Source of the DNA: Oscillospiraceae bacterium
Lineage (GTDB): Bacteria; Bacillota; Clostridia; Oscillospirales; Ruminococcaceae
Length of the DNA stretch: 64,000 nucleotides
NCBI GenBank assembly: GCA_017533485.1
Contig: JAFXIC010000046.1
Location: 216 to 64,215, forward strand
Direction: 5' to 3'
This document shows positions 1 through 9,616 of this stretch, one piece after another. Position numbers and translations under genes: made by a program. Within the stretch, counting starts at the first letter, position 1, and each line of letters opens with the position of its first letter. The notes under the pieces were generated by a model. It ran no database searches. It was given only the letters and a program-made list of their open reading frames with translations, and was not told where the DNA came from.

Positions 1-41
1 TATCAAAAGATAATATGTCAGTGATTCGGCATCATAAGTCA

Positions 42-70
42 TTGCATCCGAATGAAAAATGCGGTATATT
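42..70 (+). promoter_or_regulatory. sigma-A-type promoter upstream of pectate lyase gene
   Basis: TTGCAT (42-47), 17-nt spacer, TATATT (65-70); about 130 nt upstream of ATG 199. Confidence 0.4.
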
Positions 71-198
71 GTTATATGGAAATGATTATGTTGTACGGAC
101 ATCTGAGTGTGCCGAATCTTCAGGCTGTCTGCCAACCGATCGTTTCCGCATACAGAAATGCACAAACCCAAACCAATTTTTTAAAGGGGATCAGAGTT

Positions 199-2571
199 AT
201 GAAGAAACGCAGCTTTACAAAGAAACTCAGCATTTGTACTGCGGCAGTCATGGCATATTCGGCATTTTCCATGACGCTGCCGCAAACGCCTGTCCTACCC
301 ATCCGCAGCCTCTCCGCGTCGGCAGCCTCTGCCATCAGTACCGCGGTCAGCCACAATTTTACCACACAGGGTATCACAAGCGACTATTTCGAGATTTCAG
401 GCAATCTCTCAACCTCCAAAGGGTCTATGAACTTTCAGGGACAGAATTTAACCCAATGTCTGAAGATGGAAACCGAAACGCGTGTTTCCTTTTCCACATC
501 CGTCGGGGTCATGCTTTCTCTCGCGGTAAAAGACGGCGATACGCTCTATATCGACGAGGTGAAGACAGCAATCGACACAAGCGGTATTACAACCGTTGCG
601 CTCGCTGCCGGTACGCATACCATCCGTAAGGGAAGCGGCACCTCCAATCTCTACTATATCGACATTGTTCCAAGCGGCAGCACCGGCACAACCGCTCCTG
701 TCGGCACACAGTCGTCTGTCACCACAACTACAGCATCCGCTGCGGTATCCCAGCCGTCTTCTACTACCCCTCCCGTCTGGCAGCAGGGGGAACTTGCAGT
801 TGTCTGTTCGGGCGGCTGGAACGAGATGCTGTTCGCGACAATTTCCGGTGTGCGCGATGACGAAATTACTGCGGTGTCGTACAGCGGTACCGCCAACGGC
901 AGTCTGAACGGTCAGGATCTGATGTATCTGGTGCGGGATACCGCGCAGGGCGCACGCATCGACATTCCGGGTCTGAGCGCAGGCACCTACACGCTCTCGG
1001 TTGCCACGAAAAAGGGTGACATCACAATCCGTGAGATCGCAGTCAGTGCACAGGACCGCTCCGGTTATGCGCATTTCAATGCTGCCGCAGGCGTGGGCGC
1101 GTATCAGGACAACGGAAGCCTCAAGGAAAATGCGATCGTACTCTATGTCACGGACGAGAATAAGAATTCCGTCACGCTGACTGCAAAGGACGGCACAAAG
1201 GTTACCGGTATCGGCAATATTCTCAATTCTGTCGGTCAGGATTCCGGCGGCGGAAAGGCTTCGAACGGCGGTGCCGCCAACACCAATCAGGGCATCATCA
1301 AGAAAATTGCCAAGGACAATACCCCGCTTGTCATCCGGATCATCGGTGATGTCAAAGCACCGGATGGACTTACCGCATATAATTCACTGGATTATGGCGG
1401 AACGGTCGGAGATAACGGATATATGGCACGCATCAAGTCCGGAAAGGATATTACCATTGAGGGAATCGGTTCGGATGCTGTCGTCAACGGCTGGGGCTTC
1501 CATTTCATGGCTGAATCCTCAAGCACCGATCTCGGAAAGAGTTTTGAGGTTCGGAATCTGCAATTCCGGAATGTACCGGAGGATTGTATCGGTATGGAGG
1601 GCGTACAGTCGGGTACAACGCTGACCGCACCCGTAGAACGCTGCTGGATTCACAACAACGAATTCTATAAACCGACCGTTGCAAACCCTGCGGAGGATGA
1701 CAAGGACGGCGGCGACGGAGCCTGTGATTTCAAGCGCGGAATGTATTATACCAACAGCTACAATTTCTATGACAGCTACCATAAAACCAACCTCCTCGGC
1801 GGCTCCGATTCCAATCTTCAGTATCATATCACATTCCATCACAACTACTGGAAGAACTGTGATTCCCGTGCACCGCTTGCGCGTCAGGCGAATATCCATA
1901 TGTACAACAATATTTTCGAGGGACAGACCAGCTATTGCCAGAATCCGCGTGCAGACGCCTATATCTTCTCCGAATACAACCTCTTTTCGGGCTGTAAGAA
2001 CCCCCAGCAGATCAGACAGGGTGCCATCAAGAGCTTCCATGATACCCTGCTGAACTGTACCGGAACGATGGATGCAACCGTCGTATCCGACCGCAGCCAG
2101 TATGTACCGAGCAGCAATCTGTACAGTGATTTCGATACGAATTCCACACTTTCCTATATCCCGTCCGGAAAATACCTGCTCCATACGGATACCTCTGCAC
2201 TGATGCAGCAATTTTCCACGGACGGCGGCACATTGCATGACGCGCCGCTTTCCGGCACACCGGTTCTCCCGTCTGTGACTTCATCCACCACAGCATCTTC
2301 TTCCACAACTACAACAACCACCACGACCGCCACCAGCAGCAGTTCTGTTACAGAAGAAATGACGGCGCTGGTCGGAGACGCGAATTGTGACGGGGAAGTG
2401 GATATTTCGGATGTCATTCTCGTATCCCGTATTGCTGCGGAAGATACCGCAGTTACGATGACCGCGCTTGGCAGAAAAAATGCCGACTGCGATGGAAACG
2501 GGCTGATTTCGGCTGCTGACGCCACAAAAATCCTGCTTCTGATCGCTAAAATCCCAGAAGCAGCCTTCTGA
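199..2571 (+). CDS. secreted PL1-family pectate lyase with Thr/Ser-rich linkers and C-terminal dockerin
   Basis: ORF 52..2571 trimmed to ATG 199 (RBS AAAGGGGA 183-190; signal peptide MKKRSFTKKLSICTAAVMAYSAFS). PL1-like core: WIHNNEFY, DGACDFKRG, HKTNLLGGSD, HHNYWKNCDSRAPLARQANIHMYNN. C-terminal duplicated Ca-binding dockerin segments GDANCDGEVDISD / NADCDGNGLISAAD. Confidence 0.85.
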   Translation: MKKRSFTKKLSICTAAVMAYSAFSMTLPQTPVLPIRSLSASAASAISTAVSHNFTTQGITSDYFEISGNLSTSKGSMNFQGQNLTQCLKMETETRVSFSTSVGVMLSLAVKDGDTLYIDEVKTAIDTSGITTVALAAGTHTIRKGSGTSNLYYIDIVPSGSTGTTAPVGTQSSVTTTTASAAVSQPSSTTPPVWQQGELAVVCSGGWNEMLFATISGVRDDEITAVSYSGTANGSLNGQDLMYLVRDTAQGARIDIPGLSAGTYTLSVATKKGDITIREIAVSAQDRSGYAHFNAAAGVGAYQDNGSLKENAIVLYVTDENKNSVTLTAKDGTKVTGIGNILNSVGQDSGGGKASNGGAANTNQGIIKKIAKDNTPLVIRIIGDVKAPDGLTAYNSLDYGGTVGDNGYMARIKSGKDITIEGIGSDAVVNGWGFHFMAESSSTDLGKSFEVRNLQFRNVPEDCIGMEGVQSGTTLTAPVERCWIHNNEFYKPTVANPAEDDKDGGDGACDFKRGMYYTNSYNFYDSYHKTNLLGGSDSNLQYHITFHHNYWKNCDSRAPLARQANIHMYNNIFEGQTSYCQNPRADAYIFSEYNLFSGCKNPQQIRQGAIKSFHDTLLNCTGTMDATVVSDRSQYVPSSNLYSDFDTNSTLSYIPSGKYLLHTDTSALMQQFSTDGGTLHDAPLSGTPVLPSVTSSTTASSSTTTTTTTTATSSSSVTEEMTALVGDANCDGEVDISDVILVSRIAAEDTAVTMTALGRKNADCDGNGLISAADATKILLLIAKIPEAAF

Positions 2572-2581
2572 TATACCAAAA

Positions 2582-2616
2582 TCTCCCGACTGTGATTACG
2601 GTCGGGAGATTTTTTT
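2582..2616 (+). terminator. intrinsic terminator between convergent pectate lyase and addA genes
   Basis: Stem TCTCCCGAC (2582-2590) / GTCGGGAGA (2600-2608) followed by TTTTTTT. Confidence 0.75.
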
Positions 2617-2646
2617 GTACTGTGGATAAGAAGCGGCGTAAAGCCC

Positions 2647-5600
2647 TTATATCAGCTTTACAGGAATTGCTTTTTTGAGTGCGAACGAATAAATCCAGCA
2701 TTCAGACGGGGCGTGACCATCCAGCAGACGGAGTGCGCTTGCATAAAGACGGATCTGCTCGGTATATCGCTCCAGCAGCTCCGATTCCGATTTGACATGG
2801 TCGGTCTTATAGTCGAGAAGAATCGTGTTCCCATTTTCTTCAAACACCAGATCCATGATACCGATCAGCATACCTTCGGTATCCCGATATTGTTCATACA
2901 GCGCTGCGAGTGCACCGTCAGCCTCCAGATCAGACAGACGGACCGTGAATTTTTCTTCCCGGCGAACCTTGTCCGCGCCGCAGATTCTTTCATACAAATC
3001 CGAGGTGAAGAATTCGGAGATCGCAGATGTGCGGACAGCCTTTGCCTGCCGTTTTGTCAGTCTCCCCTCTGTGGTCAGCCGCTCCACTTCCTGTTCCGGA
3101 TCCGCTTTCGCCGCCTTGAAATCCGCATACTGCAAAAAGGTATGGAGTGCCGTGCCGCGTTCCGCGCCCGAAAGTCCATGACGTTCTCTCACAAACAGCG
3201 GTCTGCGCAGCGGTGCGGAAAATTCTTCGCCGTGTGCGATTTCTGAAACACCATATTTCGCCGGCAGATTCATCAGCGGACTGTCATATTCCCATGCACA
3301 TTGTTCGGAAAGGCAATGGAGCAGTGAGGGATCCGTCTCCGTTTCTGTTTTTGCATCCGCGGCGTCCGTTTCCGCTTCATCAGAAGCCTGTGGTTCCGAT
3401 ACCGGTTCTTCCAGCTCTGTGATGACCGAAAGCGGCAGCATCCGGTCATCCGCATCATAATCCGAAAGCTCCATACACCTGCGCAGATGCGCACAGCCGG
3501 GATTCCGCAGCAATGCCATCAGCAGCCAGTCACGCATCGAATCGGCGGACGCGGTCAGCAGGTCTGTCTGACCGCAAAACGCGATCTGTTCACAAAGATA
3601 TCCCTGTGCTTTCTGCTTGACATAATTTGCACTGTATACGATCGGAAGGATGAGGTATTCGCGTGCGCGCGTCAGCGCAACATAGAGCAGCCGCAGTTCT
3701 TCGCTGAGCGATTCCATACGGTTGCGGTTTGCAATGACCATAAAGGGGAGCGTCGTATCATAGGTCAGCGCATCCGGATCACGGAGCTTAAAGCCGAAGC
3801 CGAGATCACTCCGGAACTGGAATGGATTTTTATCATCCTCTTTGGAAAACGCGGTATCGGAGTGTGCGAGAATCACAAAGGGGGCTTCGAGACCTTTGGA
3901 CTTATGGATGGTTTTCAGCGCAACCACATCCTCGGAGACTGCCGGTGCACTATTCGCGGCAAGATCGCTTTTTCGTGCGAGGATCGCATCCAGATAACGC
4001 AGAAAGGCGGACAGTCCGCCGCCGCGGTTTTCTTCGAACTGCCTGGCGTATACGGTCAGGGTACGGAGATTGGCTTTTTTTCGGTCGCCTGACTCCGACA
4101 TCTGCATCAGACCGAGGAAATCCGTCTGCCGATAGATGCGGCGGATGAGCTGTTCGGGCGTTTCCATTGCCGAAAATAACCGCATAGACTCTAAGAATGC
4201 GAGAAGCTCCCGACATTTCATCCGCAGCAGTTCCGGCGCATCCTCCTGTTCGGAGACAAGCTTCACCCCGTAATAGAGGCTCTGTCTGCGGTTCGAAAGC
4301 CGGACGGTAATCAGGTCATCCAGCGTAAATCCGAACATCGGGGACAGCATTGCTGCGGCAAGCGGGAGATCCAGCAGCGGATTATCGACTGCACGCAGAA
4401 TATCCAGCAGCAGCCTTATTTCCTGTGATTCCAGATAGCCCTTCTGTTCAATCGGACAAACCGGAATGCCGTGTTCGGACAGCGCTTCCGCATATGCGGG
4501 CATTCGTGTCGCAGTCCGGAGCAGAATCAGGAAATCCTTCGGACGGCAGGGCCGCATGGTACCATCACGGTCTTTGACCGGTGTTTTTCGGGCGAGATGT
4601 CCCGCAATCAGCGATGCGACGGCGTGCGGTTCATCTGCTTTTGCATCCTTTGTACTCGGAAGCAGCAGCAGCGTCAGCGGACGCTTTGCTTCCGGATAAT
4701 CTGCGCCTTGTACGAGCTTCTGGGTATCATCATATCGGATTTCTCCCACGGATTCTGTCATCAGCGTTTCAAAAATATGATTCACCGTATCGACAACTTC
4801 TTTCGCGCTTCGGAAATTGCAGTTTAAGTGGATACAGGTATTTTGCGTCAGCCGCGGTGTTCTGTACGGTGCACCCTCGCGCATGGCGCGGTAGAAATTA
4901 TTCGGATTGGCATTCCGGAAACGGTAAATACACTGCTTGCTGTCACCGACCATAAAGAGATTGTCGCCGTAATGGGATGCGTCACCGCCGTGCGACAGCA
5001 TACGGAAAATCAAATCCTGCTGGTTATCGGCATCCTGAAATTCGTCGATCATAATACAGGCGTACTGTTCGGAGAGCCGGCTTGCAAGCGGTGTCTTTCG
5101 GATTTCACCGGTTTCTGTGCGTTCCGCGAGCAGCCGGAGCGTCAGCCGCATGGCATCCCCGAAGCCAATCACACAGCGTTCCTGCTTGCGCAGAAAGAGT
5201 GCGTCGTCGAATGCCTTGACCAGTCGGTAGAGTGCAGAAAGCAGCGCCGCATGGCGCGGCAGGTCCTCCTTCGCATACATCAGCGGTGTTGCAAGCGGCT
5301 GTAAGGACAGCAGAATATCCTTTGCACGGTTCCGGAGGGTGCGGATCGGCGCAGCTTCGGGTTTTCTCGGAAGGGAGAATGTTGCGAACGAGAGTGTCCG
5401 GAGCAGCATACCGAGCTGTTCGGCATCTTTCGCCGCGACTGCGCCGCGGAGACGGTCCGCGAGCACGATCTCATCCATCAGCACGGCAATCTGGGTATCC
5501 TTACAAATCGGCAGCATCAGTTCTTTTGCACGGTCATGCAGCTGTCGGACATGGTCGAGCTGTACGGCAATATCGGAAAGTGCCGCGTCCAGCATCTTCT

Positions 5601-6216
5601 CTCCCTGACAGGCTTCTGCCGCTTCCAGAAGCAGTGCTTCGCCAAAGGGGGCGGCTTCGATACAGCGGTATAATTCCAGAATCAGCTGTTCGAGCGGCAT
5701 ATCATCCTTTTGGCAGAACGCCGAGAACAGCAGCTTTTGGCGGCTTGCCGCTTCTGCATCGGTTTCCGCTTCCTTGCTGAATGCTTCCATCACTGCGGAG
5801 AGGGCTTCCCCGCGCAGAACCTTTTCTTCATTTTCTTCGATGATACGAAAACCTGCGGAAATACCCGCGCTTGCGAACTGTTCACGGAGCAGGTCAAAGC
5901 AAAAGCTGTGAATTGTGGAGATATGGGCACTCTGGAGAAGCGTCTGCTGGCGGCGCAGCCAGTCATTTTCCGGTTCTGCCGCCATTTTCTGCGTCAGTGC
6001 AAGATTCAGTCGGCTGCGGACTTCTGCCGCGGCGTCGTTTGTGAATGTTACGACAACCAGCGCTTCCGCAGGCGTCCGATGTTCGGAATCTGCCAGCAGT
6101 CGGATCAGACGTTCTACCAGTACCGATGTTTTTCCGCTGCCTGCCGCCGCGCTCAGCACCAGCGATGCGCCGCGTGCGCTGATGGCGGCGTCCTGTTCGG
6201 GCGTCCATTGCCTCAT
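2647..6216 (-). CDS. addA: ATP-dependent helicase/nuclease subunit A (AddA)
   Basis: ORF 2647..6342 trimmed to ATG 6216, which forms an ATGA overlap with the addB stop. UvrD-type P-loop AAAGSGKT; C-terminal RecB-type nuclease motif IMDLVFE...LLDYKTD; 1189 aa. Confidence 0.9.
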   Translation of the reverse strand: MRQWTPEQDAAISARGASLVLSAAAGSGKTSVLVERLIRLLADSEHRTPAEALVVVTFTNDAAAEVRSRLNLALTQKMAAEPENDWLRRQQTLLQSAHISTIHSFCFDLLREQFASAGISAGFRIIEENEEKVLRGEALSAVMEAFSKEAETDAEAASRQKLLFSAFCQKDDMPLEQLILELYRCIEAAPFGEALLLEAAEACQGEKMLDAALSDIAVQLDHVRQLHDRAKELMLPICKDTQIAVLMDEIVLADRLRGAVAAKDAEQLGMLLRTLSFATFSLPRKPEAAPIRTLRNRAKDILLSLQPLATPLMYAKEDLPRHAALLSALYRLVKAFDDALFLRKQERCVIGFGDAMRLTLRLLAERTETGEIRKTPLASRLSEQYACIMIDEFQDADNQQDLIFRMLSHGGDASHYGDNLFMVGDSKQCIYRFRNANPNNFYRAMREGAPYRTPRLTQNTCIHLNCNFRSAKEVVDTVNHIFETLMTESVGEIRYDDTQKLVQGADYPEAKRPLTLLLLPSTKDAKADEPHAVASLIAGHLARKTPVKDRDGTMRPCRPKDFLILLRTATRMPAYAEALSEHGIPVCPIEQKGYLESQEIRLLLDILRAVDNPLLDLPLAAAMLSPMFGFTLDDLITVRLSNRRQSLYYGVKLVSEQEDAPELLRMKCRELLAFLESMRLFSAMETPEQLIRRIYRQTDFLGLMQMSESGDRKKANLRTLTVYARQFEENRGGGLSAFLRYLDAILARKSDLAANSAPAVSEDVVALKTIHKSKGLEAPFVILAHSDTAFSKEDDKNPFQFRSDLGFGFKLRDPDALTYDTTLPFMVIANRNRMESLSEELRLLYVALTRAREYLILPIVYSANYVKQKAQGYLCEQIAFCGQTDLLTASADSMRDWLLMALLRNPGCAHLRRCMELSDYDADDRMLPLSVITELEEPVSEPQASDEAETDAADAKTETETDPSLLHCLSEQCAWEYDSPLMNLPAKYGVSEIAHGEEFSAPLRRPLFVRERHGLSGAERGTALHTFLQYADFKAAKADPEQEVERLTTEGRLTKRQAKAVRTSAISEFFTSDLYERICGADKVRREEKFTVRLSDLEADGALAALYEQYRDTEGMLIGIMDLVFEENGNTILLDYKTDHVKSESELLERYTEQIRLYASALRLLDGHAPSECWIYSFALKKAIPVKLI

Positions 6217-9200
6217 GCGTTCTTCGCCTCCTCTCCGTTTAATATCGCCTGTATCGCGGCGAGAGATTCTTTTTCTGTCATCGGACTGCGGCTGCACTGC
6301 GGCGATTCGGGGTCTATGCCGCAAAGCCCTCTGTACTGACAATACTGACAGGCGTTTTCATAGTATTGATCGCTGCTTCCGCGCTTTTTCATCGGATTGG
6401 GTGCGACATCGCCTTCTGTATACTGTACCATGCAGTCGATTATGGTCTGTTCGATATAGGCGCGGAGTCTTTCGAGCTGTCGGATATCAAAAACCTGAGA
6501 ATCCTTCGTCAGAACGGGTGCGCCTTCTCCCGTATCTTCCGGTGCCAGCTGTGCCGGAATATAGATACCGGCAATATCCTTTTCCATCGCGGAGAGAATG
6601 CCGCGGTCACAGAGCACTGTTCCGCTCATGCGGAAATAGCGGTTGACATATTCTGCAACAGACTGTGTATCATTGCGCGGACGATTGCCATCGGGTGCGC
6701 CCGACGGCATATACAATACACCTGCGGGCTGCATATCAGCATACTGCTCCGCGCCGTCGAGGATGGCGAAGAGATACAGCAGCATCTGTAAATTCAAGCC
6801 ATAGTAGATGTCGGCAAGATGGAATTGCTTGACGCCGGTTTTATAGTCCACAATCCGCAGATAATGCCTGCCGTCCTGTTCACAGAGATCCACGCGGTCT
6901 ACCTTTCCGTTCAGCGTCAGCTCCATACCATTGGGCAGCGTCAGCCGATAGGGGGCGGTACCGACCGTATCGCCGAGCCGTCCGATGACCAGCTCACAGG
7001 CATCGGGCGAAAATTCGGATTGTGCCATCTCCGCCTGCGTATGCGTCAGAAGTCCGACCATGCGGTTTGTGAGGCGGCGATAGCTCTGGAGAAAGCGAAG
7101 CGGCTTACCCTGTGCACCGCCCAGCTCATTTTTTAAGAAGCTTGCCGCACATTCTTCCGCGTGGGCACGCAGTTCGTTTCCGGAAAGTGCCAGGAATGCT
7201 TCCCGTGTCGGATAGCGGAGAAAGAGCTGCTCCATACAGGCGTGGACAAGATTTCCGGCGGAGAGGGGATTGATATTATTCTTCCGGCGGATATAGAGCC
7301 GAAGACCGTTTTCACAGAATCCCTTGAACGGACACTGCATCGTATTCTCGATCTGGGTCGATGAAACACGAAGCTCTGTGCCGATGAGACGGCGCATCAG
7401 CTGTTTGTCCCTGACATAGAGCCGCGAGGGGTCGGTGGTATTGCGGAGCCGCTCTAAGCGTGCCGCATCTTCGGGGAACTGTGCGAGCATCGCCCGGACG
7501 GTTTCGCGTTCACGGGCTGACATGGCATAATCCTGTACGAAGCTGTAATATGCCGCCGCTTTTGTGGAAACATAGAACGCGGTTCCCATACGGTCAGCGA
7601 AATCTGTTTCCAGTGCCGGGAGCAGCCGATGAACCTGTTGAAGAATCGCAGAGGGCTGGAGATGCTTTCCGCTTTCGCTCGTCAGCGGATAGCTGAGAAA
7701 CAGCCGCTCAGAAGCAGCGGAAATGGTCTTACAGACAATCAGCCGTTCATCTGCACAAAGGTCACGTACCGAACGGGAAAGCGCAATCCCCGCTTCCGCA
7801 AGCATCGACCGTTCCTGTTCGGAGAAGAATCCGCCGCTTGCAATATCCGCCGGAAATGTGCCTTCGTTTACGCCGAGAATAAACACGATTCTGGGTGCGT
7901 CAAACCGTGCGGCTGCGGCACTCTGGACAGTCACTGCGTCGAGCATCTGCGGCGGAAGTGCAATCCGGTTCTGACGCAGCACCGTTGTCAGCAGCGAAGA
8001 AAGCTGGATTGGCGTCAGCGGTGTTTCCCCGAGTGCGTCATGCAGCGCGTCCAGAATCTCAGTGAAGCGGTTCCAGAGCTTTCGAAGTGCACGTCCGCCT
8101 GTCACATCGCCGTTGTCCTTCATACGGGATGCCAGTCCGCCGACACGAAGCGGGATGCCGAGTGCGTCGATACAGCCATATAGTGCACGGCAAAGCCTGC
8201 TGCCGGGAACGGGGCTGTTTCCGCCGCCGCATTGTCTGCGGAAGTCTAAAATCGGCTGCATGACCGTATTCCGGAGTGTTTCCGCTTCTCCGTCGGCATC
8301 TGTTTCGGACAGAAACGGCGTTTCCCATTGTTCATACTCGATATCCCATGTAAACGCGTAGTTTTCGAGTCTTGCCGCATCTTCGGGCGGCAGCGGGGAG
8401 AGCTGGGTCTTTAGAAATAACAGGAGCTGTTCGGTGGTGGTGCGGTGGGCGAGCGCGAGCAGACACAGCGGCAGCTTCATCACTGCGGTATGCAATACAC
8501 TCCGGTGCAGATCCATAAAACAGGGAATCTCATAGCGGGAAAAAGCGGCTTCGAGGAGTGCACCGTAGGAAGAAAGGTCATGCGTCACAACGGTGATATC
8601 CCGACAGACTGCCTTATGCTCCATCAGAAGCTTACGGATCATAGCAGCGGTATATTCCACCTCCAGCGTCATATCTCTTGCTTCACAGATCTGAACCGCC
8701 GCAGGCCCCGGATAGGGCGGAAGATCAGCGGTCAGAATATGGCGGCTGAGGTGGGAAAGAGATGCGTCATGAAACCGTCTGAGGTCTGTGAGGGGATGCA
8801 TTTCACAGGCAGCTCCCAGCTCGGATGCGAGTCTGCAAAGACGGCGGCAGGTGAGATTGGCGGCATCAAAACGGGAATAATCAGGGGCGTTCGGATCATC
8901 GGTGCGCATCGCAATCCAGACATCCGTACAGTCGCGCAGAATGACCTCCAGCATAATATACTGGTCACCCGTAAACGATTCGAATTCATCCAGATAGACC
9001 GTCTGACCGCAAAACAGCCGGCTGCCATCCGCTGCTGCGGCGGCAGTCACCGTATCACAAAGCGTATCCCGCATCCCCATGCGTTCGAGTTCGTCCAGAT
9101 AATCTGCATAGATGCGTGCGATATCAAATATTTTTTCGGGAAGCGAGCCTTGTATACGGCTAGCAGCGTCGATGAGTGCTTCGGGCGTGCTGCCCGACTG

Positions 9201-9587
9201 CATCAGCTCGCTGAGCTGGTTTTGCAGTTCGGAGAAAAACGCAGGCTGATCTGCCTGCGTACCGTAATATCGAAGCCCATGGCTTTTCGAGAGGTTCTGG
9301 AGTACACGATGCAGCACGACGGTCTTGATGACATCATCCGCAGCATCTCTTGGGGCAGCGGCAATTTCCGAGAGGATTTCTGCCGTGAGGCTTCGGAAGC
9401 TTCCGGTGCGGCAGCGGTTAAAATCGCTGACGCCCAGCGCATCGTACAGGTTTTTATCATATGTAAATGCGAATTGTTCGGGTACGAGTGTACGGACGGT
9501 TTTTCCGCCGCATAAATCGGTCCGCAGCTTCTCCATCAGAAATGTGGATTTTCCTGCGCCGACGCCGCCGTAGACAATATGCAGCAT
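6213..9587 (-). CDS. addB: ATP-dependent helicase/nuclease subunit B (AddB)
   Basis: N-terminal P-loop GGVGAGKST; nuclease motif VDRVD...IVDYKTG; Cys cluster CPFKGFC ... CQYCQYRGLC typical of the AddB Fe-S domain; translationally coupled to addA. Confidence 0.9.
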   Translation of the reverse strand: MLHIVYGGVGAGKSTFLMEKLRTDLCGGKTVRTLVPEQFAFTYDKNLYDALGVSDFNRCRTGSFRSLTAEILSEIAAAPRDAADDVIKTVVLHRVLQNLSKSHGLRYYGTQADQPAFFSELQNQLSELMQSGSTPEALIDAASRIQGSLPEKIFDIARIYADYLDELERMGMRDTLCDTVTAAAAADGSRLFCGQTVYLDEFESFTGDQYIMLEVILRDCTDVWIAMRTDDPNAPDYSRFDAANLTCRRLCRLASELGAACEMHPLTDLRRFHDASLSHLSRHILTADLPPYPGPAAVQICEARDMTLEVEYTAAMIRKLLMEHKAVCRDITVVTHDLSSYGALLEAAFSRYEIPCFMDLHRSVLHTAVMKLPLCLLALAHRTTTEQLLLFLKTQLSPLPPEDAARLENYAFTWDIEYEQWETPFLSETDADGEAETLRNTVMQPILDFRRQCGGGNSPVPGSRLCRALYGCIDALGIPLRVGGLASRMKDNGDVTGGRALRKLWNRFTEILDALHDALGETPLTPIQLSSLLTTVLRQNRIALPPQMLDAVTVQSAAAARFDAPRIVFILGVNEGTFPADIASGGFFSEQERSMLAEAGIALSRSVRDLCADERLIVCKTISAASERLFLSYPLTSESGKHLQPSAILQQVHRLLPALETDFADRMGTAFYVSTKAAAYYSFVQDYAMSARERETVRAMLAQFPEDAARLERLRNTTDPSRLYVRDKQLMRRLIGTELRVSSTQIENTMQCPFKGFCENGLRLYIRRKNNINPLSAGNLVHACMEQLFLRYPTREAFLALSGNELRAHAEECAASFLKNELGGAQGKPLRFLQSYRRLTNRMVGLLTHTQAEMAQSEFSPDACELVIGRLGDTVGTAPYRLTLPNGMELTLNGKVDRVDLCEQDGRHYLRIVDYKTGVKQFHLADIYYGLNLQMLLYLFAILDGAEQYADMQPAGVLYMPSGAPDGNRPRNDTQSVAEYVNRYFRMSGTVLCDRGILSAMEKDIAGIYIPAQLAPEDTGEGAPVLTKDSQVFDIRQLERLRAYIEQTIIDCMVQYTEGDVAPNPMKKRGSSDQYYENACQYCQYRGLCGIDPESPQCSRSPMTEKESLAAIQAILNGEEAKNA

Positions 9588-9616
9588 TGTGGATGAACAC
9601 CTCGTTTCGGGAATGA

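Noticed and set aside
15-198. N-terminal extensions of the pectate lyase ORF (ORFs 15..629 and 52..)
   Set aside because: The RBS and signal peptide sit at ATG 199. The upstream part contains the predicted promoter.
2270-2345. Thr/Ser-coding low-complexity runs (also 35540-35600 and 37515-37715) considered as possible CRISPR or other repeat arrays
   Set aside because: They are in-frame linker-coding sequences inside secreted enzymes. There is no repeat-spacer periodicity and there are no cas genes. Only the 18-bp array at 37615-37704 is reported, as a coding tandem repeat.
6217-6342. 42-codon N-terminal extension of addA
   Set aside because: ATG 6216 gives the canonical AddA N-terminus (MRQWTPEQ...) and an ATGA overlap with the addB stop.
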